Source: Pseudomonadota bacterium (GTDB taxonomy: Bacteria; Bdellovibrionota_B; Oligoflexia; Silvanigrellales; Silvanigrellaceae). Taken from it: a stretch of 64,000 nucleotides of DNA. Every line of letters begins with the position of its first letter. Positions within the stretch are counted from its first letter, which is position 1. The stretch covers positions 64,001-128,000 of the forward strand of contig JBDLRP010000034.1 in NCBI GenBank assembly GCA_039799905.1, in the 5' to 3' direction. The position numbers were made by a program, and so were the translations under genes. Below the pieces are notes generated by a model that had not been told where the DNA came from, did no database searches, and worked only from the letters and a program-made list of their open reading frames with translations. Positions 28,481-38,005 of this stretch are shown here, in pieces.

Positions 28481-29221
28481 TCACAAAAGATACAACAGCC
28501 TGATGATAGCGCCGCCCGCCCATTGTTTTGCCAGCCCCTGAAAGTAAGGTTCCAGTTCCTGCAGCATCAGGTCAAGTTCGTTTTCGTTCAATGTGGGTAC
28601 TGCAACTGAGTTATCTCGTGTGTAGTCGACGCTCGCCCAGCCAGTCGATTTCAATGGAAAATCGAAAAATGACGCGACGTCAAAAGCCAGTGAAGGCGAA
28701 ACATAGAATCTAAACCCAGCACTGCCGGTAGCGCCGACTGCGATCCCCAACGACCTGAAGGTGAGTGGTTCGTCCGTAATTGTTGTGTATGCCGCACTCA
28801 CGAGGCTATTTCGGATCGTGGCTCCAGCGGTCAGAAAGACACTTTGACCCAACCATACTGTTGCCTCTGGGATGGCCAGTGAGATTTCGCTGAGCGATGC
28901 CGAGTTTGTGACAAGTCGGTCGGAGTAGACGCTGACTTCTGCTGCTTGAGTGAAGCTGTCGCGCAGAGAAAGGTAGGAAAATCCGACCCTCAAACCGAGC
29001 TGCGCAGGGCCCATCGGAATTGCCCCCTGTAAAACGACCTGTGGGCGAACGAGGGGGAAGAGAAGTCCGCCACCGATGCCAATCTCATGATCTGATTCCA
29101 TTTCGTCGTTTGCCGATGCCGTGGAACGCATGGCCAGCAAAGCCAGTGCCCCAACGGTGAGCAGCGGGACGCGGGATGTCAGCGAGGCAAAGAATGTCAC
29201 AAGTGAACACCTTTGTAGCAT
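28481..29221 (-). CDS. Hypothetical small outer-membrane beta-barrel-like protein
   Basis: Signal peptide, alternating beta-strand pattern, C-terminal YLL. Confidence 0.5.
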   Translation of the reverse strand: MLQRCSLVTFFASLTSRVPLLTVGALALLAMRSTASANDEMESDHEIGIGGGLLFPLVRPQVVLQGAIPMGPAQLGLRVGFSYLSLRDSFTQAAEVSVYSDRLVTNSASLSEISLAIPEATVWLGQSVFLTAGATIRNSLVSAAYTTITDEPLTFRSLGIAVGATGSAGFRFYVSPSLAFDVASFFDFPLKSTGWASVDYTRDNSVAVPTLNENELDLMLQELEPYFQGLAKQWAGGAIIRLLYLL

Positions 29222-29354
29222 TTTGTGTGTTTAAACTGCGGTGCGGGCATTATAGACTACTTGTTTGTTATGGAAAACAGTCAGTTGCTGGTTTGTGTCG
29301 GATTGCAATTTGCACTGTCCGGTGATAGTCCGGCAGTCGAAGGAGATACCACCC

Positions 29355-29933
29355 ATGACGATGTATGAAACCCGAGACTTCCGCAGAGGCCTTAAGATTG
29401 AAATGAACAACGATCCATGGGTGATTGTTGACTTCCAGCACGTCAATCCGGGGAAGGGTGCGGCCTTTACCCGCACGAAAATGAGAAACCTCCGCACGGG
29501 CCAGGTTCTTGAGCAGAACATTAAGAGCGGTGACAAGGTCGCAAAGCCTGACACCGAAGAACGCAATATGCAGTATCTGTATCGTGATTCTGAAGGCTAT
29601 CACTTCATGGATCAGCAGAACTATGAACAAATCTCTCTCAGCGAAGATTATGTCGCCGACACGAAATATTATCTGTTGGAAAACTCAGTGCTGAAGGTTC
29701 TTTATTATCAGGGAAAACCGATTGCTTGTGAAACAGACACGTTCTGCGAATTGAAGGTTGTCGAAACTCCTCCGGGTGTACGTGGTGACACGGCGACTGG
29801 TGGTACCAAGCAGGCAACGCTGGAAACCGGTTTGGTTGTCTCGGTTCCTTTTCACATAAACGAAGGCGATGTGTTGCGTATCGATACGCGCGACAATTCC
29901 TACGCTGACCGCGTCAGTGTGCGCGGAAAATAG
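29355..29933 (+). CDS. efp: Elongation factor P
   Basis: AGGAG SD; HVNPGKGAAF, PGVRGDTA, IDTR. Confidence 0.97.
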   Translation: MTMYETRDFRRGLKIEMNNDPWVIVDFQHVNPGKGAAFTRTKMRNLRTGQVLEQNIKSGDKVAKPDTEERNMQYLYRDSEGYHFMDQQNYEQISLSEDYVADTKYYLLENSVLKVLYYQGKPIACETDTFCELKVVETPPGVRGDTATGGTKQATLETGLVVSVPFHINEGDVLRIDTRDNSYADRVSVRGK

Positions 29934-29949
29934 TTTTGAATCGTGCCAA

Positions 29950-29980
29950 CCCGCGGCCCCATGCCGCGGGGCTTTTTTTT
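29950..29980 (+). terminator. Intrinsic terminator after efp
   Basis: CCCGCGGC/GCCGCGGG stem followed by T8. Confidence 0.8.
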
Positions 29981-30017
29981 GAGTGAATCAAGTCCCTGAA
30001 CGAGGAGAGTTGTCTGC

Positions 30018-30563
30018 ATGATCGACCTTGGCAAAGTAGAAAAACTTATGTCCTTGATGGCTCAATACGGAGTCGACGTTGTTCAGGCCGAAACCGGCCC
30101 TGAGAAAATTTCTCTTGCGAAGTCTGCAAATGCACTTGCGGCATTGGGCAACCTGAACGCGGCGCCGCAGCTGGCAGATAGTTCTGCGCACTTGCGCTCG
30201 GCAGCAAATGCTTCCGCATCTAACCCGGCTCAGTCGGCGGTCGCTTCTTCGGCTGCGCAAACTCAGACTGCACCTTCCCCAGCATCGGCAGCTCCGGCAC
30301 AACCGGCGGTAAAGCCGATTCCTGAGGGAACGACCATCAGCAGTCCGTTCGTTGGTACCTTCTACCGCTCTCCGTCTCCTGACTCGCCTGTCTATGTCGA
30401 CGTGGGCAGCAAGGTCAAAAAGGGGCAGACGCTCTGCATCGTGGAAGCAATGAAGTTGATGAATGAAATTGAGGCTGAAATGGACGGCGAGGTGGTTGGC
30501 ATTCTTGTCGAAAATGCGAAACCGGTCGAGTTCGGCACACCCTTGTTTGTTATTAAATCCTGA
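30018..30563 (+). CDS. accB: Acetyl-CoA carboxylase biotin carboxyl carrier protein
   Basis: [16 protein letters not shown], Ala/Pro linker. Confidence 0.97.
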   Translation: MIDLGKVEKLMSLMAQYGVDVVQAETGPEKISLAKSANALAALGNLNAAPQLADSSAHLRSAANASASNPAQSAVASSAAQTQTAPSPASAAPAQPAVKPIPEGTTISSPFVGTFYRSPSPDSPVYVDVGSKVKKGQTLCIVEAMKLMNEIEAEMDGEVVGILVENAKPVEFGTPLFVIKS

Positions 30564-30589
30564 CCGTCTGCAAACGACACGGGGGAAAT

Positions 30590-31942
30590 ATGAAAAAAAT
30601 TCTCATTGCCAACCGCGGCGAGATTGCCGTGCGCATCATTCGCGCGTGCCGTGAGCTCGGTCTCAAGACTGTTGCCGTCTACTCTCAGGCTGACAAACAC
30701 AGCCTGCATGCGAAACTTGCGGACGAGGCTATCTGTATCGGTCCTGCCGAAAGTAAAAAAAGCTACTTGAATATTCCTGCGATCATGGCCGCTGCGGAAG
30801 TGAGCGGTGCTGATGCTATTCATCCAGGCTATGGGTTTTTGTCAGAGAACGCTGCCTTTGCGGATGTGTGCCGGAAGTGTGAGATCATTTTCATCGGGCC
30901 AACGCCAGAGCAAATGCGTGACTTGGGTGAGAAGGTCGCAGCACGAGCTGTCGCGCGTCGTGCAGGCCTGCCATTTCTCCCTGGATCCAATGGAGCATTG
31001 CCCGATCAGGAAACTGCACGTCGTACAGCGCGTGAAATCGGCTATCCGGTGATCTTAAAGGCGAGCGGCGGCGGCGGCGGTCGCGGCATGAAGATCGTTT
31101 ACAACGATGCAGAGCTTGAGAAGGCATATCTCAACTGTCGTACCGAAGCGGCTGCGGCGTTCGGAAATTCTGAAGTATATTTGGAGAAGTACCTCGAGAA
31201 TCCGCGTCATGTGGAGATTCAGGTGCTCGCCGACAAGTTCGGCAACATGATTCATCTGGGCGAACGCGACTGCAGCGTTCAAAGGCGGCACCAGAAGGTG
31301 ATCGAAGAAGCACCGTGTCCACACATTACCCCCGAATTGCGCAACAAGGTGGGTGGTTATGCGCTCTCGCTCGCGCGAGAGGTCGGGTACCATGGTGCAG
31401 GTACGGTCGAATTCCTGATGGACGACGACAAGAACGTCTATTTTATGGAAATGAATACGCGCATTCAGGTTGAGCATCCGGTCACCGAGCAGGTGACTGG
31501 AATCGATTTGTTGCAATGGCAGATCAAAGTGGCTTTCGGAGAGAAGCTTCCTTTCAGTCAGGACGACGTGAAGATTCACGGACACGCGATTGAATGCCGA
31601 ATCAATGCCGAAGATCCAAAAACCTTTGCTCCATGGCCAGGGCAAATCACCAACTACAGCGTACCAGGTGGATTCGGCATTCGCGTCGACGGCTTTGCCT
31701 ACCATGGCTATACTGTCGTTCCGCACTATGATTCTCTGGTCGCCAAACTGATTGTCCATGCGGACACGCGTGAACAGGCGTTGGCAAAAATGGAGTCGGC
31801 GCTGCGCGAATACATTATCGACGGTATCCGCACGAATATTCCTTTTCATTTGGACGTTCTTGCGCATCCAGAATTCCGCAACAGCAGGCATTCAACCCGC
31901 TTTTTGGAACGTGCTGGATTCGTTAAAACCAAGGGTAGCTGA
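30590..31942 (+). CDS. accC: Acetyl-CoA carboxylase biotin carboxylase
   Basis: [36 protein letters not shown]. Confidence 0.97.
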   Translation: MKKILIANRGEIAVRIIRACRELGLKTVAVYSQADKHSLHAKLADEAICIGPAESKKSYLNIPAIMAAAEVSGADAIHPGYGFLSENAAFADVCRKCEIIFIGPTPEQMRDLGEKVAARAVARRAGLPFLPGSNGALPDQETARRTAREIGYPVILKASGGGGGRGMKIVYNDAELEKAYLNCRTEAAAAFGNSEVYLEKYLENPRHVEIQVLADKFGNMIHLGERDCSVQRRHQKVIEEAPCPHITPELRNKVGGYALSLAREVGYHGAGTVEFLMDDDKNVYFMEMNTRIQVEHPVTEQVTGIDLLQWQIKVAFGEKLPFSQDDVKIHGHAIECRINAEDPKTFAPWPGQITNYSVPGGFGIRVDGFAYHGYTVVPHYDSLVAKLIVHADTREQALAKMESALREYIIDGIRTNIPFHLDVLAHPEFRNSRHSTRFLERAGFVKTKGS

Positions 31943-31972
31943 TTGGCTCATAGCCCCAGATTGAACTCGATC

Positions 31973-32012
31973 AAAAAAAGGCGACCTGAGTATTTCTCAG
32001 TTCGCTTTTTTT
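31973..32012. terminator. Bidirectional intrinsic terminator
   Basis: A7-GGCGA-C-CTGAG / CTCAG-T-TCGC-T-run between convergent genes. Confidence 0.75.
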
Positions 32013-32016
32013 ATTT

Positions 32017-32550
32017 TCAGTGAAAAAGAACTGACCCATAAAAGAGGTCGTTTTCGAGCGACACCGGCATGATGTTGGTCGCGACTTTGATTTTTCCTTC
32101 CGGAGTCTTCAGCTTCAGAAGTTTTGCCTTGTTGACGTCAAGCGATCCGTCACAAATCAACACGTCTGAATCGGCAGCGTTGTCGAGCAGCGACACATCG
32201 CTCGATGCACAGCCAGTCGTCAGATGTTTGGTGCGAAACTCATCTGCGCGCAAAACGTAATAGGGGATTTCGTCCTGCGGATTTGCGAAAAAAAGGATTT
32301 CCGCATTTGAGTCAGAAGTGACTTCTTTGCCTCCGCTCATGAATTGCAGAAGAAGTTTTTTGGGCGGTGCTTCGGGCAAATTTTCAGTGAGATTCTGAAC
32401 TGGAATAGGAGTGAGAACCACCGACTCTCCCACCTTGAGCCTCACAAGATTCGGCTGCCGCTGGCCGCACGACTGGTGCAAGAAAACCGATGAAAGCATG
32501 ACCGCCGATGCCGTGATGCCCAGTGCAATGTTAATCAATGACTTCTTCAT
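32017..32550 (-). CDS. Hypothetical secreted or lipoprotein
   Basis: Overlaps the upstream stop (ATGA); N-terminal signal ending QSC. Confidence 0.6.
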   Translation of the reverse strand: MKKSLINIALGITASAVMLSSVFLHQSCGQRQPNLVRLKVGESVVLTPIPVQNLTENLPEAPPKKLLLQFMSGGKEVTSDSNAEILFFANPQDEIPYYVLRADEFRTKHLTTGCASSDVSLLDNAADSDVLICDGSLDVNKAKLLKLKTPEGKIKVATNIMPVSLENDLFYGSVLFH

Positions 32551-34193
32551 TGAGCACCTCTCATCTCAAAAAGAGATAGCCGGCTGAAGTTGTTTGTGCT
32601 GCCGTCGGAGCTGACCTTCACCTCCAAAGTGTCGACGTCACCGCCGCAAACTTTTGGATCGAGAACAAAGAGTGAAGCCGATGTTGTCAGCTGTTTTGTC
32701 TGGTCAGTGTATGGTCCTTTTTGTCCACCTTTTTTGTAGCAGACAATTTCGATCTTCAGTCCGCGAAGGTCCTCAGTTTTCTTGGTTGCTGCGGTCCAGC
32801 CCGCCGCAACATACCTCAGTGGTTTGCCAGGTTGGTAGCCCTTGAGTTTGCTGAACTCAATAACTTTGATTTGATCGGGAGCGTACAAAGTGAGTCCGGT
32901 GAAGTCGTTGTACATGTATGCGTTGCCGTCAATGTCTGCGACTTTTTTTACCGTCAATCCCTTCGAAAGGTCATTTTTGTCATTGACCGACATCACAAAC
33001 ACTTGCGATGTGCCGCCACGGACAATACCGACCACGCGACCATCGCCCACAGCACTGATGGGGCCTATACTTCCAGCCTCGGCCGGATTGATGACTGCGC
33101 ACTGATTGTTGGCTTGCGTGCACTCGGCCGGACCGTTGGCAGCAACACATTCAGACTTTGCCACAGTCAGTGATCCACCACTGCTTCCGATGACCACCTC
33201 ATTGACCGGATCATGCGCGAATGTGTACGCACCATTTGATGTAACTACATTTCCGTTCAGGTCACCTGCAAGCGCATAGGCAACATTACCGGTTGTCGAC
33301 ATCGTGTAGTTACAAACTTTGCGTCCGGCAGTCCCGACGTTGGGTACGTCTTGAGAGGTGAGTTCGGTCAGCTTCTCGACGTTGACTCCCCACATGCCGC
33401 CGTAATTGGCGCCGAGGAAAAATGCCTTGCTCTTTTGGTCCATAAACGAACCGTAAGCAGCGAAACTGCCGACGGCACTAAAGCCTCCAAAGGCTTGGTT
33501 TAGGTTGCCAAAAGTCTTTTCCTCTTTTCGAGCAATATCGATTCCGTTGGGTTTGCTCTTGTCGATGGGAATTCGGACAAACTTTTTCTGTCCACCGGTC
33601 GTTCCGTAGGCGAAGCCGATGTAGGGCTGACTTCCAACTTTGAATGATGTGACCGAAAGCCTGCTGTCACCGCGTTGATCGGTTGGTTTGAAAATTGGAA
33701 TCGCTTTTCCGGGATTCTTGTCACTTGCAAGCCAAATTCCGCCGTTACTTCCCGTTCGTCCGATGAGGAGTCCCAGTTCGGATACATAAGTTCGATGGCC
33801 TGAGCTCGACGATGGATTTCCATTATCATCCACCATTTGCCATTTTGTTTGTGGCCACCCTGCAGCTTCGTCGAGTTTGATGCGAGTGACTTCACCACCG
33901 GTCACAATCCATGTTTCTGCTTCAGAGGCCGCACTTTGCAGTGCTGTGTCACCTGAAAAGGTGATTCCAACGTTCTCGCCGCCGGGGAAAACCTTTGCCC
34001 CGCGTTCGACAGGTAGTCCAGTGGCGTTGACACTCTCTGGTGTTGCCGCTTTCTTCTTGGGTGGTGCTTTTGATTTGCCGACCGCTGTGTATCCAGTCTC
34101 TGCACACCCGGACAAAAGCAGAATTAATCCGCTGATCAGGCTCACCTGCAGATGTGTCAGCTGCCCGTTGACTTTCAGCCCCCGCATAGGCAC
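32547..34193 (-). CDS. Hypothetical large beta-rich lipoprotein
   Basis: 548 aa; lipobox LLSGC; Gly-rich beta-type sequence with several Cys. Confidence 0.65.
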   Translation of the reverse strand: MPMRGLKVNGQLTHLQVSLISGLILLLSGCAETGYTAVGKSKAPPKKKAATPESVNATGLPVERGAKVFPGGENVGITFSGDTALQSAASEAETWIVTGGEVTRIKLDEAAGWPQTKWQMVDDNGNPSSSSGHRTYVSELGLLIGRTGSNGGIWLASDKNPGKAIPIFKPTDQRGDSRLSVTSFKVGSQPYIGFAYGTTGGQKKFVRIPIDKSKPNGIDIARKEEKTFGNLNQAFGGFSAVGSFAAYGSFMDQKSKAFFLGANYGGMWGVNVEKLTELTSQDVPNVGTAGRKVCNYTMSTTGNVAYALAGDLNGNVVTSNGAYTFAHDPVNEVVIGSSGGSLTVAKSECVAANGPAECTQANNQCAVINPAEAGSIGPISAVGDGRVVGIVRGGTSQVFVMSVNDKNDLSKGLTVKKVADIDGNAYMYNDFTGLTLYAPDQIKVIEFSKLKGYQPGKPLRYVAAGWTAATKKTEDLRGLKIEIVCYKKGGQKGPYTDQTKQLTTSASLFVLDPKVCGGDVDTLEVKVSSDGSTNNFSRLSLFEMRGAQ

Positions 34194-34423
34194 TCCTTCC
34201 GCGCGAATCGACGCCCGTCAAAGCTCATTCGCATGATCACGTGTATCTTTTCGGTACTTTGAGTGAAAAAATGAGGGCGAACGTAAATGGCGCCTCTCGA
34301 AACCGGGAAAATTGCCCTAACTATCTGTCATATTGCTTTTTTTATCCCGGAAGTCGGTCATAATGACTGAGAGACTTGTCGGTGTGCGTCTCGTCGCTCA
34401 GTCTTAACGTGAAGGTGGGTGAA

Positions 34424-35236
34424 ATGAGGCTTCGAAAATCGGGCGGCGTCAGAAAAAAACAGGAAACTTCATGTGTTGTGATCACAGGCGCATCAAGCGG
34501 TATTGGTGAGGCCACCTTCCGGCTTTTCGCCCAGAGAGGTTTCAAGACCATCGGTGTTGCCCGCCGCGGTGAGCTTCTCAAGAAGTTCTCAGAGGAGTTG
34601 AATCAAAGCGGCTGCCAGAGTTCATGGTACGAGTGCGATCTGTCAGATCAACAGGCCTCGGTGGATGTGTCGGAGCGCATCCTCGCTGAACATGGAACTC
34701 CCGACGGAGTGATATTCAACGCAGGATTCAGTGCGAATAAACCATTTGAGAAGAATTTTCCGACCGACCGAATGGATGAGATTACATTAAATTACTTAAG
34801 TCCGACGTGGCTGCTTGATGTCTTTCTTCCGCCAGCGAAGGCAAGAGGAAGTGGTCACTTCATTGCGGTCGGTTCACTTGCCGCTTCGACGTCCTTTCCA
34901 GGCAATGCCACGTATGCAGCCAGCAAAGCTGCCCTTGCCGCTCTCTGGCAAAGCTTGGAACACGAGTATTTTCGTGATGGTCTTTCCTTCAGCACAGTGT
35001 TGCCCGGTCTCATCCAGACAGAGATGAGCCGCGATATGAATGCATGGCTGCCGCGCCGCAGCGCACAGAGTGTTGCCGAATTGATTTTTGAAACATTGCA
35101 TAAGCCTGGTATGGCAAAGACCAATGGTCTTGAAAATCAGGCCATACTCGCAATGACGAGGCTCTTTCCGGAAACCACCCAGAGTGTGGTGACACAAATT
35201 CAATCGTTGCTCGCGCCGCGGAAAGGTAAATCGTGA
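34424..35236 (+). CDS. Classical short-chain dehydrogenase/reductase
   Basis: TGASSGIG, NAG, YAASK, PG. Confidence 0.92.
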   Translation: MRLRKSGGVRKKQETSCVVITGASSGIGEATFRLFAQRGFKTIGVARRGELLKKFSEELNQSGCQSSWYECDLSDQQASVDVSERILAEHGTPDGVIFNAGFSANKPFEKNFPTDRMDEITLNYLSPTWLLDVFLPPAKARGSGHFIAVGSLAASTSFPGNATYAASKAALAALWQSLEHEYFRDGLSFSTVLPGLIQTEMSRDMNAWLPRRSAQSVAELIFETLHKPGMAKTNGLENQAILAMTRLFPETTQSVVTQIQSLLAPRKGKS

Positions 35237-36330
35237 AACCTTGGATCGTGGTGACTGGAAGCTCTGGGCTCATTGGCAGTGAGCTCGTGAATCGGCTCTC
35301 TGAGTTTTATGAGGTTGCAGCTCTCGATGTTTCTCCTCCGCGCATCCGCGACGAGAAGGGAAGAGTTTCTTATTTTGAAGTTGATTTGGGCGATCCACAA
35401 GCCATCCGAGAGTTTTTTGAAACAAACAAACGACCGGTTCAGGGTCTTGTGAATTTGGCTGCGTACTACAATTTCCTCAACCGCCCGTCGCTTCATTGTG
35501 AGCGCCTCAAGCGTGGTTTGTACGAGCTGGCGAGAGCTTACAGATCACTTCGTCTGCCGGAGAGTTGCTTCATACAAGCGAGCAGCATGGCCTGCCTCGA
35601 GCCAGTCGCAAACGGTGTTCTCATCGGCGATGATGCTGAAAGTCATCCGCGCTGGGAGTATCCCCGTTTCAAAAAGGAGTCCGAAGACATCCTTCGCCGT
35701 GAGCTTGCAGATGAAAATTATGTCGAGATGGTCTTGGCTGGTGTTTACACCGACTTCTGTGAGCTTGTTCCGCTGTATCAGTTCATAGAGTCGCATTTGA
35801 GAAATAAAATTCAGCGTTTTTTTTATCCAGGAGACGGAAATCAGGGCCTGACATATGTGCATTTGAGCGAAGTTTGCGAGGCAATCGAGAGACAGCTTAA
35901 AGCAAAAGTTATGCGCCGGCGGTTGCTGATTGGCGAGCCCGAACCGACGACTTATCGGCAGATTGCGACGATCATCGACCTACAGATTCACGGATTTGTG
36001 ATTCCCAAGATCCGCGTTCCCAAGTGGTTTGCGCGTTTCGGAGCTTTCATTCTTTCGAAATTGTTCAAGCGTGAATTTTACCAGCCATGGATGATCGACT
36101 TTGCACAGGAACATTATCATTTTAGCCTTCAGGCGCTCTCGCAGCAACTGAACTGGACACCCTCACGGCGCCTGCGCGACGAACTGCCTGCGATGATCCA
36201 CAATGCAAAACAAAAGCCTGAGAAATGGCGCGAACTAAATTCACAGCGTCCTTGGCACGTCGACGACTGGCCGCAGCTCGAAAGACTGCAGCGGCAGTCA
36301 ATCCAGAAAAGTAATAACGAAACATATTGA
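35233..36330 (+). CDS. NAD-dependent epimerase/dehydratase-family (extended SDR) protein
   Basis: TGSSGLIG, NLAAYY, YPRFK. Confidence 0.85.
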   Translation: MKPWIVVTGSSGLIGSELVNRLSEFYEVAALDVSPPRIRDEKGRVSYFEVDLGDPQAIREFFETNKRPVQGLVNLAAYYNFLNRPSLHCERLKRGLYELARAYRSLRLPESCFIQASSMACLEPVANGVLIGDDAESHPRWEYPRFKKESEDILRRELADENYVEMVLAGVYTDFCELVPLYQFIESHLRNKIQRFFYPGDGNQGLTYVHLSEVCEAIERQLKAKVMRRRLLIGEPEPTTYRQIATIIDLQIHGFVIPKIRVPKWFARFGAFILSKLFKREFYQPWMIDFAQEHYHFSLQALSQQLNWTPSRRLRDELPAMIHNAKQKPEKWRELNSQRPWHVDDWPQLERLQRQSIQKSNNETY

Positions 36331-36766
36331 TCTGTATCAATCGTCGAGAGTTGTCTGAAACAGGCTGAGTGGTGTTTCTTGAAGCCCAGTGGAGACTCTC
36401 TGTTTGCGCGTTTTTATGTTTTATAAGTCGCAGATATTCGTTCAAGTGTCTGTAACGCTGGATATCAGAGGGGATTGAAACGCTCACATCACAGCTCGCG
36501 ATCGCCATATGTCCTGCGGTCGGAAAAGTGAATTCCAACCGCATCCGGTATTCTTGATTAATATTTATCTCATTCAGTTGTCATACCGACCGACAACTCT
36601 CTCAGAGCGATGACTGGGATCTCTCCAGTGAGCAACAAATGAGTGGAGTGTTGCTCCCGGATATCTGAAAATAAATCGAACTAAACCGGTTGCGGTAGAT
36701 GCAGTTGAGTCAAAATATCCCCTTCACCGTTCGCTGCAACCGGCTTTGATGAATCAGGAGGACTCC

Positions 36767-37519
36767 ATGGAAATGCTCAGTGTCTTTCAATATTCGCTTG
36801 TGTACAACGCATTATCATTTACCTTTGCCTCGATGGCGGCCGCAACGTTATTTCTTTGGCTCGGTCGTTCGCAAGTTTCACATCACTACAAGACAGCGGT
36901 CACTATTTCGGGACTTGTGTGCGCGATTGCCGCATACCATTACATGAGGATTTTTGAGAGTTGGGAGTCCGCGTATCAGATGAAGGATGGGGCGCTCACT
37001 GCGACGGGTTATGCCTTCAACGATGCCTACCGTTACGTTGACTGGCTGCTGACTGTTCCGCTTTTGTTGATTGAGTTGGTGCTGGTCATGCGGCTTAGTC
37101 GCGAGGAAACTGTCAGCAAGTCGGTGCGGCTGGGATTTGCGGCAGCTCTGATGATTGTGCTCGGTTACCCCGGTGAGATTGCGGCTGACGTTCCAACCCG
37201 CGCACTGTGGGGAACCCTTTCGGCTCTGCCTTTTCTTTATATTCTGTGGGAATTGTTCAAGGGACTTGGAGAATCGATTGAGCGACAGCCCGAGAACGTC
37301 CGTGAGCTGATCAAAAAGGCACGGTTACTCACGCTGGCATCGTGGGGTTTCTATCCGATTGTTTTCATGGCGCCATACATCAATATTTCAGGGCCAGATG
37401 CGCAGACGATCATTCAGGTTGGTTACACGATTGCTGACCTCATCGCAAAAGCGGCATTCGGTGTGATGATTTGGCTGATTGCTGTGCGCAAGTCCGAAGC
37501 CGAAAAGCATGGCGGGTGA
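36767..37519 (+). CDS. Microbial rhodopsin, xanthorhodopsin/Gloeobacter-type proton pump
   Basis: AGGAGG SD; YHY (helix B His); YRYVDWLLTVPLLLIE (DTE motif); WGFYP; DLIAK retinal-binding Lys. Confidence 0.95.
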   Translation: MEMLSVFQYSLVYNALSFTFASMAAATLFLWLGRSQVSHHYKTAVTISGLVCAIAAYHYMRIFESWESAYQMKDGALTATGYAFNDAYRYVDWLLTVPLLLIELVLVMRLSREETVSKSVRLGFAAALMIVLGYPGEIAADVPTRALWGTLSALPFLYILWELFKGLGESIERQPENVRELIKKARLLTLASWGFYPIVFMAPYINISGPDAQTIIQVGYTIADLIAKAAFGVMIWLIAVRKSEAEKHGG

Positions 37520-37562
37520 GGGTGCTTGATTGCTTTTGAGTGCTTGTTGGCACTCTGCAGAA

Positions 37563-37602
37563 AGCGCGGCAGTGAGACACTCTGCCGCGCTATTTTTTAT
37601 TT
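37563..37602. terminator. Intrinsic terminator between rhodopsin and acpS
   Basis: AGCGCGGCAG/CTGCCGCGCT stem followed by a T-rich tail. Confidence 0.8.
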
Positions 37603-37603
37603 T

Positions 37604-38005
37604 TCAATTAAACAACAGCACCACAGTTGCTATGGCCAGTGGGCCATCGTGAGCTAAAGAAACATCGATTTTACATTGCCCGCCGCGTTGGTTGACGATG
37701 TTCTGAGCCGCCATTGAAAGTTTGAGGTATGGACGCCCTGAAGCGTCGTTTTCCACCCAAACGTCCTGCGGCCCCATTCCCTCGGTGTACAGGCCTGTTC
37801 CAAGCGCTTTGAAGAATGCCTCCTTTGCTGCAAACCGTGCAGCGAAAGACGCTTCAGGCTTAGCCTTCTGCCGGCAATAATCGATTTCCACGGCAGCGAA
37901 AACCCTGTTGACGAAGGCCTCTTTGCGGATGGATTTGCTGATTCTTTCAATCTCCACAATGTCGGTGCCTATTCTGATGTCGGTTGGGAGCGGTCCGGCA
38001 CTCAT
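37604..38005 (-). CDS. acpS: Holo-ACP synthase
   Basis: GTDIVE, ARFAAKEA.FKALGTG, SLAHD. Confidence 0.95.
   Translation of the reverse strand: MSAGPLPTDIRIGTDIVEIERISKSIRKEAFVNRVFAAVEIDYCRQKAKPEASFAARFAAKEAFFKALGTGLYTEGMGPQDVWVENDASGRPYLKLSMAAQNIVNQRGGQCKIDVSLAHDGPLAIATVVLLFN

Noticed and set aside
36447..36481. Sequence ending GGATTGAAAC, like a CRISPR repeat end
   Set aside because: Single copy; no spacers or cas genes.
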